This document shows, in pieces, positions 1-12,538 of a stretch of 64,000 nt of DNA. The DNA lies in NCBI GenBank assembly GCA_964492825.1, contig CAZBLP010000001.1, forward strand, positions 11,054-75,053, in the 5' to 3' direction. A model generated the notes under the pieces. It saw nothing but the letters and a program-made list of their open reading frames with translations, did no database searches and was not told the DNA's origin. Origin of the DNA: an uncultured bacterium. Lineage in GTDB: Bacteria > DYJV01. A program made the translations under genes and the position numbers. Numbering within the stretch: the stretch's first letter is position 1; the number at the start of each line of letters is the position of its first letter.

Positions 1-420
1 ACAGTTCATGAGAATCTGGAAGTTGCTTTTATAGATAGAGGCAAGAATCAGTGGGAAATTGAAAAAATCTATGAAGAGATACCTCTTTTGAAAAGTTTGC
101 GTAATAAAAAAGGTGGAGCAATGAGTGGAGGTGAGCAACAGATAGTTGCAATAGCAAGAGCTCTTGCCACAAATCCCTCTCTTTTACTGCTTGATGAACC
201 GTGTGAAGGATTAGCTCCGGTAATAGTTGAAAAATTAGGAGAAATAATAATTAATTTAAAAAAACAGCTTCCTGTATTATTAAGTGAGCAAAATGCTTTT
301 TTTGCAATGGAAGTTTCTGATAGAGGCTATATTATTGATAAAGGTCAGATAAGATTTCAAGGTGAAATATCTGATTTAAAATATGATTCTGAAGTTCAGT
401 CAAAATATCTGGCAGTTTAA
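1..420 (+). CDS. Branched-chain amino acid ABC transporter ATP-binding protein (LivF-like), 5'-truncated at window edge
   Basis: Frame 1 is open from nt 1 and contains the ABC signature LSGGEQQ (translated MSGGEQQ) plus the D-loop LLLDEP; the C-terminal region resembles the LivF/LivG family. Confidence 0.7.
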   Translation, partial: TVHENLEVAFIDRGKNQWEIEKIYEEIPLLKSLRNKKGGAMSGGEQQIVAIARALATNPSLLLLDEPCEGLAPVIVEKLGEIIINLKKQLPVLLSEQNAFFAMEVSDRGYIIDKGQIRFQGEISDLKYDSEVQSKYLAV

Positions 421-425
421 TGTTT

Positions 426-1400
426 TTATTTGTATGAAAAGAAAAAATCAATTAAAAAGTTTTTAAAAACCATTTCTCTGTCTTTGCCGCTAATTCTTAT
501 TTTATATTGCAACAGAAGCAATTTCTCCAGGATGTTCGATAACTCTGAAAATGAAAATAAGTTGAGTTTTTCATATAATTTTTTAAAAGCATATGGGTTG
601 ATTTTTAAGGTCTTTTGAATATCATTGTATTTCAAATTTTTTTCTTTATTTAAAGATTTAATTAATAACAGATTTGATGCGCTATTTATCAGCATATTTA
701 GAATATATTCCACATCTGTTTTCATTTGTAGAAGATTATTATATATTTCCAATGTTTTTTGAAAATTTTTGGTAAAAAAACAATCAATAAAATGGAATAT
801 GTTTTCTTCTTTTGTTGAGAATATAATTTTTTTAACATGTTCAACTGTTAAAGGCTTTGTTTTATCATGGAAATCTACAATTTTTCTTAATTCTGAATAC
901 AATGATTCCAAATCATCAGGAATGCTTTCCAAAATAAATTCATCAATGTTTGATGTAATCTGAACATTATTTTTTATAAAAAAATTTCTTATAATTTTTT
1001 TTAATTCATTTTTCTTAGGTACAGGCATTGAAAAAAAACAGTGATTTTGCTGGGAACAGTCTAATAATTTTTTACTTTTTATTTTGTTAAAAAAGAAAAT
1101 AATTTTATTTTTAAAGTTTTTTTTGTCTGTTATTAAGTTAATAATTTCTTTTTCATAATTACCGCAATCATATACATAGATTAAAAATTTTTCTCCAAAA
1201 AGAGAAGTGCTACGTAAATGTTCGTAAACTTCCTGAAAAGAAGCTTCATTTAAAAAGAAATTCATTTCAGTATATTTATTGTTAAAATAAGTGTTAATAA
1301 AACTTTTTATCTTTTTTTTTAAATAAAGATCCGGACATTCAATAATGTAAATATCATTTTGATTGTTTGTAAAAAAATCTTTAAAGGAGTTGTAGCTCAT
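426..1400 (-). CDS. holA: DNA polymerase III delta subunit (HolA)-like
   Basis: 324-aa protein immediately downstream of, and overlapping, an LptE-like lipoprotein gene; this lptE-holA synteny is conserved in diderm bacteria. Length and N-terminal region fit HolA. Assignment rests on synteny more than on motifs. Confidence 0.5.
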   Translation of the reverse strand: MSYNSFKDFFTNNQNDIYIIECPDLYLKKKIKSFINTYFNNKYTEMNFFLNEASFQEVYEHLRSTSLFGEKFLIYVYDCGNYEKEIINLITDKKNFKNKIIFFFNKIKSKKLLDCSQQNHCFFSMPVPKKNELKKIIRNFFIKNNVQITSNIDEFILESIPDDLESLYSELRKIVDFHDKTKPLTVEHVKKIIFSTKEENIFHFIDCFFTKNFQKTLEIYNNLLQMKTDVEYILNMLINSASNLLLIKSLNKEKNLKYNDIQKTLKINPYAFKKLYEKLNLFSFSELSNILEKLLLLQYKIRISGKDREMVFKNFLIDFFFSYK

Positions 1401-1924
1401 TAGAAATTATACGAGAATAACCAGTGATAAATTTCTCCTGCTATTTCTGCACATATTTTTTTCAGAAATTCTTTCTTTTTAGCTTCCGATGCACCAACAT
1501 CAAAATTTCTTTTTCCAGTGTATCCTGATGCATACTCTCTGTTCCAATAGAATGTTTTCTGTTTTAAAATTTTGCCATATTTGTTTTTTACAATAATATT
1601 AACTTTAAGCTCAAGTCTGTATTCAAGAGTTTTATCTGAAGATGAATAAGAAATTGAAGTTTTTTTAAAATCTAAAATTTTACCGTCAATAAAATATTCT
1701 GCTTCATTTTCAAATACAACTTTTACATTGGGATGAAGTATTAATTCTCTTTTTAATTCTTCTATGAAATAATTATCAAGCCATGGCTCGCTTGTATTAT
1801 TTTTAAGATAAGGTAGGTATATTTTTGCTATGTTTTTATTATCAGGATAACCGAATCTGTATCCGCAAGATGCAATTAATGTTAATAATATCAGTAATAT
1901 TGTAATTTTTATAATTTTATTCAT
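1400..1924 (-). CDS. LptE-like outer-membrane lipoprotein; start probably at internal Met (MNKIIKITILLILLTLIASCGY)
   Basis: Signal peptide with lipobox LIASC, about 175 aa, and a position upstream of holA all fit LptE. The ORF track's start at 1960 gives an atypically long n-region. Confidence 0.45.
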   Translation of the reverse strand: MNKIIKITILLILLTLIASCGYRFGYPDNKNIAKIYLPYLKNNTSEPWLDNYFIEELKRELILHPNVKVVFENEAEYFIDGKILDFKKTSISYSSSDKTLEYRLELKVNIIVKNKYGKILKQKTFYWNREYASGYTGKRNFDVGASEAKKKEFLKKICAEIAGEIYHWLFSYNF

Positions 1925-2072
1925 AAAAATTTTACTATAATAAAAAAAATTTTTAATCAAGTATTAATTTTCTAATACCAACAGAGAGTTAATACATTTT
2001 TCATATTTAGAAAATTTTTGACAATTTTTCTTGACAAATCAGACACAACTTTGTTAACGAGCATAACCTCAT

Positions 2073-2145
2073 AGGCGCATAGCTCAGTGGGAGAGCGCTG
2101 CCTTGACGCGGCAGAGGTCGGCGGTTCAATACCGCCTGCGCCTAT
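2073..2145 (+). tRNA. tRNA-Val (anticodon GAC)
   Basis: Manual cloverleaf: acceptor stem AGGCGCA/TGCGCCT (7 bp); D arm GCTC-AGTGGGA-GAGC; anticodon stem CTGCC/GGCAG with loop TTGACGC (anticodon GAC); variable loop AGGTC; T arm GGCGG-TTCAATA-CCGCC; discriminator A. No encoded CCA. Confidence 0.85.
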
Positions 2146-3164
2146 TGAAGTTTATATTCTTCTCTAAGCTCTTCTGAAAGTCTTTTTAGCACACCAAAAG
2201 ATTCTGTTACTGTTTTATCTTTGTCTTTGTTAACAAGGCAGCATGTAGCAGGTGAAAGCAAACTTTGGGCAAGTAACTGTTCTTCTGAAACACCGGCTTT
2301 TATAATAATATCCCATATTTTTCTTAATAATTGTTTTAAAGTGGAAAGATTTTCTTTTACAAACGGTTCATAATTTGTAGGAACAATACCCCAGACAATT
2401 ATACCGCCTCTTTCAATGTAATTTTTAATTGAGTTTCCGTAAAGTGGTATGACTTTTTGATTAGTATGAATATCAATTGATGCTATATCCATGTCAAATC
2501 CAAATAAAAAATCCCAGTCAGGATTACCGCAGAGATGAATTCCCCGTGGTCTGTCTATCATGTTAAAGAGATTCTCAATATCCTGTTTTGCAAAAACATC
2601 GCTGTAACCTGACAAAGCACTAAAGAGAAATTGTAAGCCCGGTTCGTCAATAAACATAAAAGCATTTTCATTTTTCTTTTTTAATCTTTTTAACTGGACA
2701 TTTATCCTCCTTGCCATAAATTCAAACATAAACGGCCTTATTTCATCATTAAAAAGTATTGGTCTGTCATTTTCATCTTTAATGTAAAATCCGAAACTAA
2801 CAGGACCTTCCAGTTGTCCTCTAATTGCAACATGTTTCGAAAGGTCGAAATTTAAAAATTTATGATAAACAACTGAGTATTTTTCACTTATATCAAAAAA
2901 ATCATCATTTTCCCAATTACTCATGGTTTCGCCAAGTTCATTATAAAACTTTTCAGTTGAAAACCTTAAAGTCCTTTTTTTCAAATCCAGAATGATTCCC
3001 GGGAAATTTTCAGATGCCTGCACATACATATCTTCATAATAACTATACAGTGCAAGCTGGGGCCAGAAAGGGATATCAAGAGAAAGAGCAAGATTAAGAG
3101 CTTCATCAACATCTGTATGAGGCATAACACCCATGGCGGTTGTTAATAAATTTCCTGTTTTCAT
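2142..3164 (-). CDS. Cobalamin-independent methionine synthase (MetE) C-terminal-domain-like / URO-D-like methyltransferase family protein
   Basis: About 340 aa. IDEPGLQ resembles the MetE IDEPAL motif, and HLCGN gives a His-x-Cys metal-ligand pattern. Start moved to MKTGNLL because AGGAGG sits 7 nt upstream. The stop codon overlaps the 3' end of tRNA-Val. Confidence 0.4.
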   Translation of the reverse strand: MKTGNLLTTAMGVMPHTDVDEALNLALSLDIPFWPQLALYSYYEDMYVQASENFPGIILDLKKRTLRFSTEKFYNELGETMSNWENDDFFDISEKYSVVYHKFLNFDLSKHVAIRGQLEGPVSFGFYIKDENDRPILFNDEIRPFMFEFMARRINVQLKRLKKKNENAFMFIDEPGLQFLFSALSGYSDVFAKQDIENLFNMIDRPRGIHLCGNPDWDFLFGFDMDIASIDIHTNQKVIPLYGNSIKNYIERGGIIVWGIVPTNYEPFVKENLSTLKQLLRKIWDIIIKAGVSEEQLLAQSLLSPATCCLVNKDKDKTVTESFGVLKRLSEELREEYKLQ

Positions 3165-3387
3165 ATAAAAACCTCCTGTTAAATTAGTCAATAGTCGTTA
3201 GTCTATAATTCTGATTTGGGATACATTATTCAGTTTTCAGCTTGAAATATTGAATTTCAAAACTCGAAATATGAAAAAAATAAAATTAAAATATAGATTA
3301 TGTACAATGTTTAGTCAAGATATTAATTGAAAAATTTGAGAGTTAGTGTTAATATTAATGTAACAAAAAACAAAATTCGGAGGCCAT

Positions 3388-6598
<3,211 letters not shown>

Positions 6599-6618
6599 CT
6601 CTCAGGATTTTCTGAGAG
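6599..6618 (+). terminator. Perfect 7-bp hairpin CTCTCAG-gatttt-CTGAGAG overlapping the ligA stop and just upstream of the cooS RBS
   Basis: Inverted repeat read directly from sequence. Only a weak T-tract follows, so it could be an attenuator, a processing site or a weak terminator. Confidence 0.3.
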
Positions 6619-6639
6619 AATAAATTAAGGGAGGTTGTT

Positions 6640-8538
6640 ATGAAAAATAAAAGCTTTGACCCTGCTGGACAAAAAATGATTGATTTTGGAGAAAAAAATA
6701 ATTTTGAATTAGTATGGGACAGATTGGAAAAGCAGCAGCCTCAATGTGGTTTTGGAGAACTTGGAGTATGTTGCAGAAACTGTGTTATGGGACCGTGCAG
6801 AATCGACCCTTTTGGCGAAGGACCTGACAAAGGTGTTTGCGGTGCCACTGCTGATACAATTGTTGCAAGAAATATAATAAGAATGATTGCAGCAGGTGCA
6901 GCAGCACATTCTGACCATGGCAGAAGGCCGGCTATGCTTTTAAAAGAGGTAGGAGAAAAGGTTAATAAAAATTATGAAATAAAAGATGAAACCAAGTTAT
7001 TAAATGTTGCTAAAAAATTAGGAATTAAGACAGAGAACAAGGATAAATTTCAATTGGCAAAAGAAGTTGCTGAAACAGCACTTAATGATTATGGCAAGCA
7101 GGATTCAAAACCTATAAAATTTTTGGAATCTTATGCTCCGAGATTAACAGATAAACTTTTGAATTTAGAGAAAATTCTCTATGAAAAAACAGGTAAAATA
7201 ATGGGGCTGGTTCCGAGAAATATTGACAGGGAAATTGTTGATATTATGCATAGGACGCATATTGGTGTTGATAATGACCCGTTATCTCTGATTTTGCAGG
7301 GCATCAGAGCATCTCTTGGAGATGGCTGGGGTGGCTCGTTAATTGCCACTGAATGTCAGGATATTTTATTTGGTACACCAAAAGTACACTCTGTTTATGC
7401 AAATTTAGGTGTTCTTTCAGAAAATGAGGTTAACATTGTTATTCATGGTCATGAGCCGGTACTGTCTGAAAAAATAGTTGAGGTAGCTTTAAGAAAAGAA
7501 TCAATTGAGTATGCAAAGTCAAAAGGTGCAGATGGTATAAATATTGCCGGCATGTGCTGTACAGGTAATGAAATACTTATGAGACATAATGTGCCAATAG
7601 CCGGAAACGAGCTTCATCAAGAGCTTGCAGTTTTAACAGGTGCTGTAGAAGCAATGATAGTTGATGTGCAATGTATTTTTCCTGCTCTTTCAAATCTTAC
7701 AAAATGTTTTCATACAAAGTTTATTTCCACAAGTGATCAGGCAATGTTTCCAGGAGCTGAGCATATTCAATTTGAAGAAGAGAAAGCAAATGAGATTGCA
7801 GAAAAAATAGTGAAAATAGCAATTGAGAATTTTGCAAACAGAGACAAAAACAGAATAAACATTCCTGAAGAGCAAAACGAAGCTGTTGTAGGATTTAGTG
7901 TTGAGCAGATTTTAGAAGCTTTAGGCGGTACACCGGAACCTCTGATTAATGCAATAAAAGATGGTCAAATAAAAGGAATTGTAGGTATAGTAGGATGTAA
8001 TAATCCTAAAGTGGAGCAGGATTATTATCATATAAATCTTGCAAAAGAGCTTATAAAAAGGGATATTTTAGTAATAGGCACAGGATGCTGGGCAATTGCA
8101 ATGGCAAAAGCAGGGCTTTTATCTGTTGATGCTGCACAAAATGCAGGAGAAGGATTAAAGTCTGTATGCAATGCTTTGAAAATACCTCCTTTTTTACACA
8201 TGGGAAGTTGTGTTGATTGCAGCAGAATGCTTGTAATAGCTTGTGCTGTTGCTGATACATTAAATGTAGAAATAAGTGACCTGCCTCTATTTGGCTCAGC
8301 TCCTGAATGGATGACTGAAAAAGCTGTTTCAATAGGTACATACTTTGTTGCAAGTGGTATCCCTGTCCATCTTTGGCCGATTCCTCCTGTATTAGGCGGG
8401 AAGGAAGTTGTTAAAATTTTAACTGAAACAGCAAAAGATGTATTTGGCGGCTATTTTGTTATTGAAAGTGATATTAAAAAAGCCGTGGATATAATGGAAT
8501 CTCATATTTTAGAGAAAAGAAAAGCATTGGGAATTTAA
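6640..8538 (+). CDS. cooS: Anaerobic Ni-dependent carbon monoxide dehydrogenase catalytic subunit (CooS)
   Basis: N-terminal CGFGELGVCCRNCVMGPCRI matches the CODH B/D-cluster Cys motif. Internal HGHEPVLSE and GMCCTGNEILMRHNVP match C-cluster regions. Length is about 630 aa. Hcp was considered and rejected. Confidence 0.8.
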   Translation: MKNKSFDPAGQKMIDFGEKNNFELVWDRLEKQQPQCGFGELGVCCRNCVMGPCRIDPFGEGPDKGVCGATADTIVARNIIRMIAAGAAAHSDHGRRPAMLLKEVGEKVNKNYEIKDETKLLNVAKKLGIKTENKDKFQLAKEVAETALNDYGKQDSKPIKFLESYAPRLTDKLLNLEKILYEKTGKIMGLVPRNIDREIVDIMHRTHIGVDNDPLSLILQGIRASLGDGWGGSLIATECQDILFGTPKVHSVYANLGVLSENEVNIVIHGHEPVLSEKIVEVALRKESIEYAKSKGADGINIAGMCCTGNEILMRHNVPIAGNELHQELAVLTGAVEAMIVDVQCIFPALSNLTKCFHTKFISTSDQAMFPGAEHIQFEEEKANEIAEKIVKIAIENFANRDKNRINIPEEQNEAVVGFSVEQILEALGGTPEPLINAIKDGQIKGIVGIVGCNNPKVEQDYYHINLAKELIKRDILVIGTGCWAIAMAKAGLLSVDAAQNAGEGLKSVCNALKIPPFLHMGSCVDCSRMLVIACAVADTLNVEISDLPLFGSAPEWMTEKAVSIGTYFVASGIPVHLWPIPPVLGGKEVVKILTETAKDVFGGYFVIESDIKKAVDIMESHILEKRKALGI

Positions 8539-8540
8539 AA

Positions 8541-9719
8541 ATGAAAAGATACGTTATTATAGGCTGCGGCAATGCAGGTGTTAAAGCTGCTGTTAAAATT
8601 AAGGAAATTGAAAAACATGCCCTGATTACCGTAATTACAGACGAAGATTATCCTCCATACTGCAGATGTTTGTTAACGTATTTTATTGAAAACAAGATTA
8701 ATGACGAGTTTTTATTTCAAGAAGGCAGGCAGATAATTAAAAATAACAATATTGAATTTATACAAAATGTTAAAGTCCAAGAGGTAGATGCTAATAAATC
8801 GGAGATTTTTCTTAGCAATAACCGAAAATTAGGTTTTGATAAATTGTTAATTTCCACAGGAGGAGAGCCATCTTTGCCAAAGTTCAAATACAACGAAGGT
8901 TTGCCGGTGTTTACTTTAAGAAAGTTTGAAGATGCGTTGAAAATCAAGGATGCTTTTAAAAAAGGTGACACTGCTGTAATTGAAGGAGGCGGGCTTGTAA
9001 GCCTTAAAACTCTTCTTGCATTAAATGAAATCGGAGTTAAAATCAAATGGATAGTTAAATCTGAGTATATTTTATCATTTTTGGTTGACAGGTTTTCAGC
9101 TGAATTTATTAAATCATTGATTGTTGAAAATAAAGGTATTGAAATTTACAATAACGAATCTATTGAGGATGTTACAAAAACAAATAGTGCTCTTATTGTT
9201 AAAACAGATAAAGGCAGAGAAATTAAAGCTTCAGGTGTTGTTGTAGGAAAGGGCGTTAAACCAAAAAAATTAAATTTTAACAGAGCTGTTAAATTTGAGG
9301 ATGGGTATATTACAAATGAATACCTTGAAACAACTGTTCCCAATATATATGCTGCTGGAGATTGCAATATTGTGTTTGATGTTGCACATGAAAAGAATTG
9401 GAAAGTCCCTCTTTGGCCATTAGCAGGAGAGCAGGGGATTTGCGCTGCAATTAACATGGTAAAAGGAAATAGTATGAAATACATTTCTGCTGTACCTGTA
9501 AACTCATTTTCAATATTTGAAAACAAGATTATTGCAGGTGGAAAGAAAAAACTCAATCCTGATGAAGTGGACTTATTTTCTGAAAAAGTGTATATAAATA
9601 AAGGGAAAAAAATTTTTAAAAAATTTATTTACAAATATGACCAATTAAAAGGATATGTTTTGGTAAATGATATTTCAAGTGCCGGGAAATATTATTGGAA
9701 AGTAAAGAATAGCAATTAA
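8541..9719 (+). CDS. FAD-dependent pyridine nucleotide-disulfide oxidoreductase (NAD(P)H oxidoreductase partner of CooS/CooF)
   Basis: N-terminal dinucleotide-binding GxGxxG (IIGCGNAGVKAA) and a second Rossmann motif near residue 150, with the late AAGDC motif. Starts 3 nt after the cooS stop. Confidence 0.7.
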   Translation: MKRYVIIGCGNAGVKAAVKIKEIEKHALITVITDEDYPPYCRCLLTYFIENKINDEFLFQEGRQIIKNNNIEFIQNVKVQEVDANKSEIFLSNNRKLGFDKLLISTGGEPSLPKFKYNEGLPVFTLRKFEDALKIKDAFKKGDTAVIEGGGLVSLKTLLALNEIGVKIKWIVKSEYILSFLVDRFSAEFIKSLIVENKGIEIYNNESIEDVTKTNSALIVKTDKGREIKASGVVVGKGVKPKKLNFNRAVKFEDGYITNEYLETTVPNIYAAGDCNIVFDVAHEKNWKVPLWPLAGEQGICAAINMVKGNSMKYISAVPVNSFSIFENKIIAGGKKKLNPDEVDLFSEKVYINKGKKIFKKFIYKYDQLKGYVLVNDISSAGKYYWKVKNSN

Positions 9720-9732
9720 ACGGAGGCATAAA

Positions 9733-10224
9733 ATGAAAGAAATCACAATAGATATATCAAAATGCACAGGTTGCAAATCTTGTGAAATTGCATGCAGAGT
9801 AGAACATTCTTTAAGCAAAAATCTTTTTACAGCTATTTCAGAAGATAAACTTCCTCAAAAAAGGGTCTTTGTAGAAACAAACGGAATTAATAAAATTCCT
9901 ATTCAGTGCAGGAATTGCGAGGACAGTCCATGCATTACAGCATGTATGACAGGAGCAATGCACAAAGACAGCAGAGGGATTGCAATTTGCGATGAATACA
10001 AATGTATAGGCTGTTTTATGTGTATAATGGTATGTCCTTTTGGAGTAATAAATATCAGCAGGTATGAAAAAAAGGTTCTGAAATGTGACAGATGCCCTGA
10101 CAGGGATATACCTGCATGTGTGAATGCCTGTCCAACAGGAGCAATAAAATATGAAGAGGTTGATGAATTTGTATATAACAAAAGAAAAGGATTTGTTAAC
10201 AGTATTGAGCTAAGTAGCTTTTGA
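9733..10224 (+). CDS. cooF: CooF-like polyferredoxin (multiple 4Fe-4S clusters)
   Basis: 163 aa with four CxxCxxCxxxCP-like motifs: CTGCKSCEIAC, CRNCEDSPCITAC, CIGCFMCIMVCP, CDRCPDRDIPACVNACP. Confidence 0.75.
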   Translation: MKEITIDISKCTGCKSCEIACRVEHSLSKNLFTAISEDKLPQKRVFVETNGINKIPIQCRNCEDSPCITACMTGAMHKDSRGIAICDEYKCIGCFMCIMVCPFGVINISRYEKKVLKCDRCPDRDIPACVNACPTGAIKYEEVDEFVYNKRKGFVNSIELSSF

Positions 10225-10245
10225 TTAAGTTGTAAACTTTTATGT

Positions 10246-10479
10246 TTGAAATCTTGTATTGAAAGAATCGAGGTGATTATTTTGAAAATAAATGAAATAA
10301 GAAAAATTGCAAAAAAAATGGATATTAATTCCTTTGGCTTAAGTAAAATTGTTCTTGTAAGGAAAGTTCAGGAAAAAGAAGGTAATTTACAATGTTTTGC
10401 AACAGAAAGGATTTTAGATTGTCCTGAGGAAAAATGTTTATGGCGAGAAGATTGTCTTGTTTTATATGAAAGACAATAA
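10246..10479 (+). CDS. Hypothetical small protein with C-terminal Cys4 cluster (TTG start in ORF track)
   Basis: 77-aa ORF ending QCFATERILDCPEEKCLWREDC (C-x9-C-x4-C-x5-C). No convincing RBS and a non-ATG start, so coding status is uncertain. Confidence 0.3.
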   Translation: MKSCIERIEVIILKINEIRKIAKKMDINSFGLSKIVLVRKVQEKEGNLQCFATERILDCPEEKCLWREDCLVLYERQ

Positions 10480-10599
10480 GAAATTTTAAACAATTCAACA
10501 ATGGAAGCTCCTGTTAGAAACAGAAAATATTTCTGCTAATCTGAAAAATTACAATAATTTTGTCTTGATTTTCTCATAGTATCAGAGTAAATTATTAGT

Positions 10600-12465
10600 A
10601 TGTTTCAAATAGATGAATATAAAAGAAAATTAATAGATTTTAAAAGTTTTTTAGAGCTGTTTAAGAATGGAGATTCCATATTTATTCATAGCGGTGCTGC
10701 TGAACCTTATGTTTTGCTTCAAATGTTGTCAGAATCAAACCTTGTTGATTTGGACTTTTACCAGCTATATTCCATAAGAAATTCTAATTTCTCAAAGGAA
10801 AAGTTATTTGAAAATCATAATTACAGAAATTTTTTTGTAAGTGAGGAGTCAAAATCAGCCACTCATAAAGGAATAGTGGATTATGTTCCTATTAATCTTT
10901 CCCAGATTCCGCTTCTTTTTGACCAACACAGAATAGCTTTGGATTTTGCTTTGATTCAGGTATCAAAACCTGATAACAACGGTTTTTTCAGTCTTGGAAC
11001 AAATGTGGATATTTCAAAATCAGCAGTGAAAAATGCCATGAAAGTTGTTGCACAGGTTAATTTCAATATGCCAAGGACATTGGGAGATTCTTTTATACAT
11101 CTTAAAGATATAGATTATATTATTGAGCATGACAGTGATTTACTTGAATTTAATCAGGAAGAGGAAGATTTTGAAAGAGCTTTAAAAGCAGCTGAAAATG
11201 CAGCAACTATTGTGGATAACTTCAGTACCATTCAGATAGGTTTTGGCAATACTACAAAATTAGTAATTAAAATGCTTTTGGAGCATAGAGGATTAGGTGT
11301 GCATTCTGAAATATTTTATGATGATTTTGTTGATTTAATCAGAAACGGCAATATTACATGTAACAGGAAAACCTTGAATACTGATAAAGTAATTGTTAGT
11401 TTTGTTCATGGAAGCAAAAAAAGTTATGAGTTTATAGATAACAATCCTTTTGTAGAATTTCACCCTGTGGATTATACTAATAATCCTCAAATAATATCAC
11501 AAAATAAAAATTTTATTTCCATTAATTCTGCATTTGAAGTTGACCTTTCAGGTCAGGTAAATGCAGAAGCTATAGGATATAAAATAGAGAGCGGTATAGG
11601 CGGATTTGTGGAATTTAATTTTGGAGCTACTTTTTCAAGAGGCGGCAAATCAATTATTGTATTGCCCTCTATTTCCAAAGACGGTAAAAAATCCCGTATA
11701 GTTCCCGAAATAAAGGAGGGGTTTGGCGTTACGCTCTCAAAGGCAAATGTTCATTATATTGTTACAGAATTCGGTTTGGCATATTTGTTTGGGAAAACCT
11801 TAAGAGAAAGAGCACTGGCTCTTATTAGCATAGCTCATCCTGATTTTAGAGAAGAATTATTTGATTTCGCCAAAAAGAAAGGTATAATTCCCTCAAATCA
11901 AATAATGCCTCTTATGGGTACAAACTATCCGAAGCAGTATGAAACTTATTTTACAACCAAATCAGGAATAAAACTATTTGTCAGGCCTTTAAAATCTGAA
12001 GATGAAGATAACTTGAGAAGATTACTCTATTCATATTCGCTTGATAAGATTTATCAAAGATTTTTTTGCTTTATTAGAGATTTTACTCATGAAAGAACCC
12101 AATGTATGGTTAATATCAATTATGACTATGATATGGCTCTCGGATGTTTTTTTGAAGATGAGCTTGTTGCCACTGCAGGTTATTTTTATGACAGTTCCGA
12201 GCATATAGGAGAGATTGCTTTTATGGTAAAAAAAGAGTATCAGGGTTATGGTATTGCAACTTTTTTAAATGATTATCTTAAGAAAATAGCAGAAGAAAGA
12301 GGTTTGCGAGGTTTTAAAGCTTATGTTTTAAGGCAGAATAGTGCTATGCTTAATGTGTTTCACAAATCTGGTTATCAGCTGAAAGTTAAAGATATTTCAG
12401 ATATGAATATTTTTGAGCTTGAATTATACTTTGAATATAAAAAACAAATAAACAATAAGTTTTAA
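10600..12465 (+). CDS. Acetyl-CoA hydrolase/transferase family domain fused to a C-terminal GNAT N-acetyltransferase domain
   Basis: The N-terminal 430 aa or so resemble acetyl-CoA hydrolase / 4-hydroxybutyrate CoA-transferase family proteins. The C-terminal 150 aa or so carry the GNAT motif A region (EIAFMVKKEYQGYGIATFL). Confidence 0.7.
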   Translation: MFQIDEYKRKLIDFKSFLELFKNGDSIFIHSGAAEPYVLLQMLSESNLVDLDFYQLYSIRNSNFSKEKLFENHNYRNFFVSEESKSATHKGIVDYVPINLSQIPLLFDQHRIALDFALIQVSKPDNNGFFSLGTNVDISKSAVKNAMKVVAQVNFNMPRTLGDSFIHLKDIDYIIEHDSDLLEFNQEEEDFERALKAAENAATIVDNFSTIQIGFGNTTKLVIKMLLEHRGLGVHSEIFYDDFVDLIRNGNITCNRKTLNTDKVIVSFVHGSKKSYEFIDNNPFVEFHPVDYTNNPQIISQNKNFISINSAFEVDLSGQVNAEAIGYKIESGIGGFVEFNFGATFSRGGKSIIVLPSISKDGKKSRIVPEIKEGFGVTLSKANVHYIVTEFGLAYLFGKTLRERALALISIAHPDFREELFDFAKKKGIIPSNQIMPLMGTNYPKQYETYFTTKSGIKLFVRPLKSEDEDNLRRLLYSYSLDKIYQRFFCFIRDFTHERTQCMVNINYDYDMALGCFFEDELVATAGYFYDSSEHIGEIAFMVKKEYQGYGIATFLNDYLKKIAEERGLRGFKAYVLRQNSAMLNVFHKSGYQLKVKDISDMNIFELELYFEYKKQINNKF

Positions 12466-12497
12466 GTAGTGAAAATTTTTTGCAGAATGTCAGGATA

Positions 12498-12533
12498 ACG
12501 AAGCAATCTTTGTTGCTACAAAGATTGCTTCGT
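12498..12533. terminator. Bidirectional terminator hairpin (15-bp perfect stem ACGAAGCAATCTTTG / CAAAGATTGCTTCGT) between convergent genes
   Basis: Inverted repeat read directly from sequence. It lies between the + strand CoA-transferase/GNAT gene and the - strand molybdoenzyme gene, with a T-run downstream on the + strand. Confidence 0.5.
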
Positions 12534-12538
12534 AGTGA

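Noticed and set aside
6640-8538. Hybrid cluster protein (Hcp) annotation for the 632-aa Cys-rich ORF
   Set aside because: N-terminal CGFGxxGxCCRxCxxGPCR and internal HGH / CCTGNE motifs are diagnostic of Ni-CODH CooS, not Hcp.
8717-9556. Two minus-strand ORFs (109 and 136 aa)
   Set aside because: Antisense to the FAD-dependent oxidoreductase gene and hydrophobic low-complexity; spurious.
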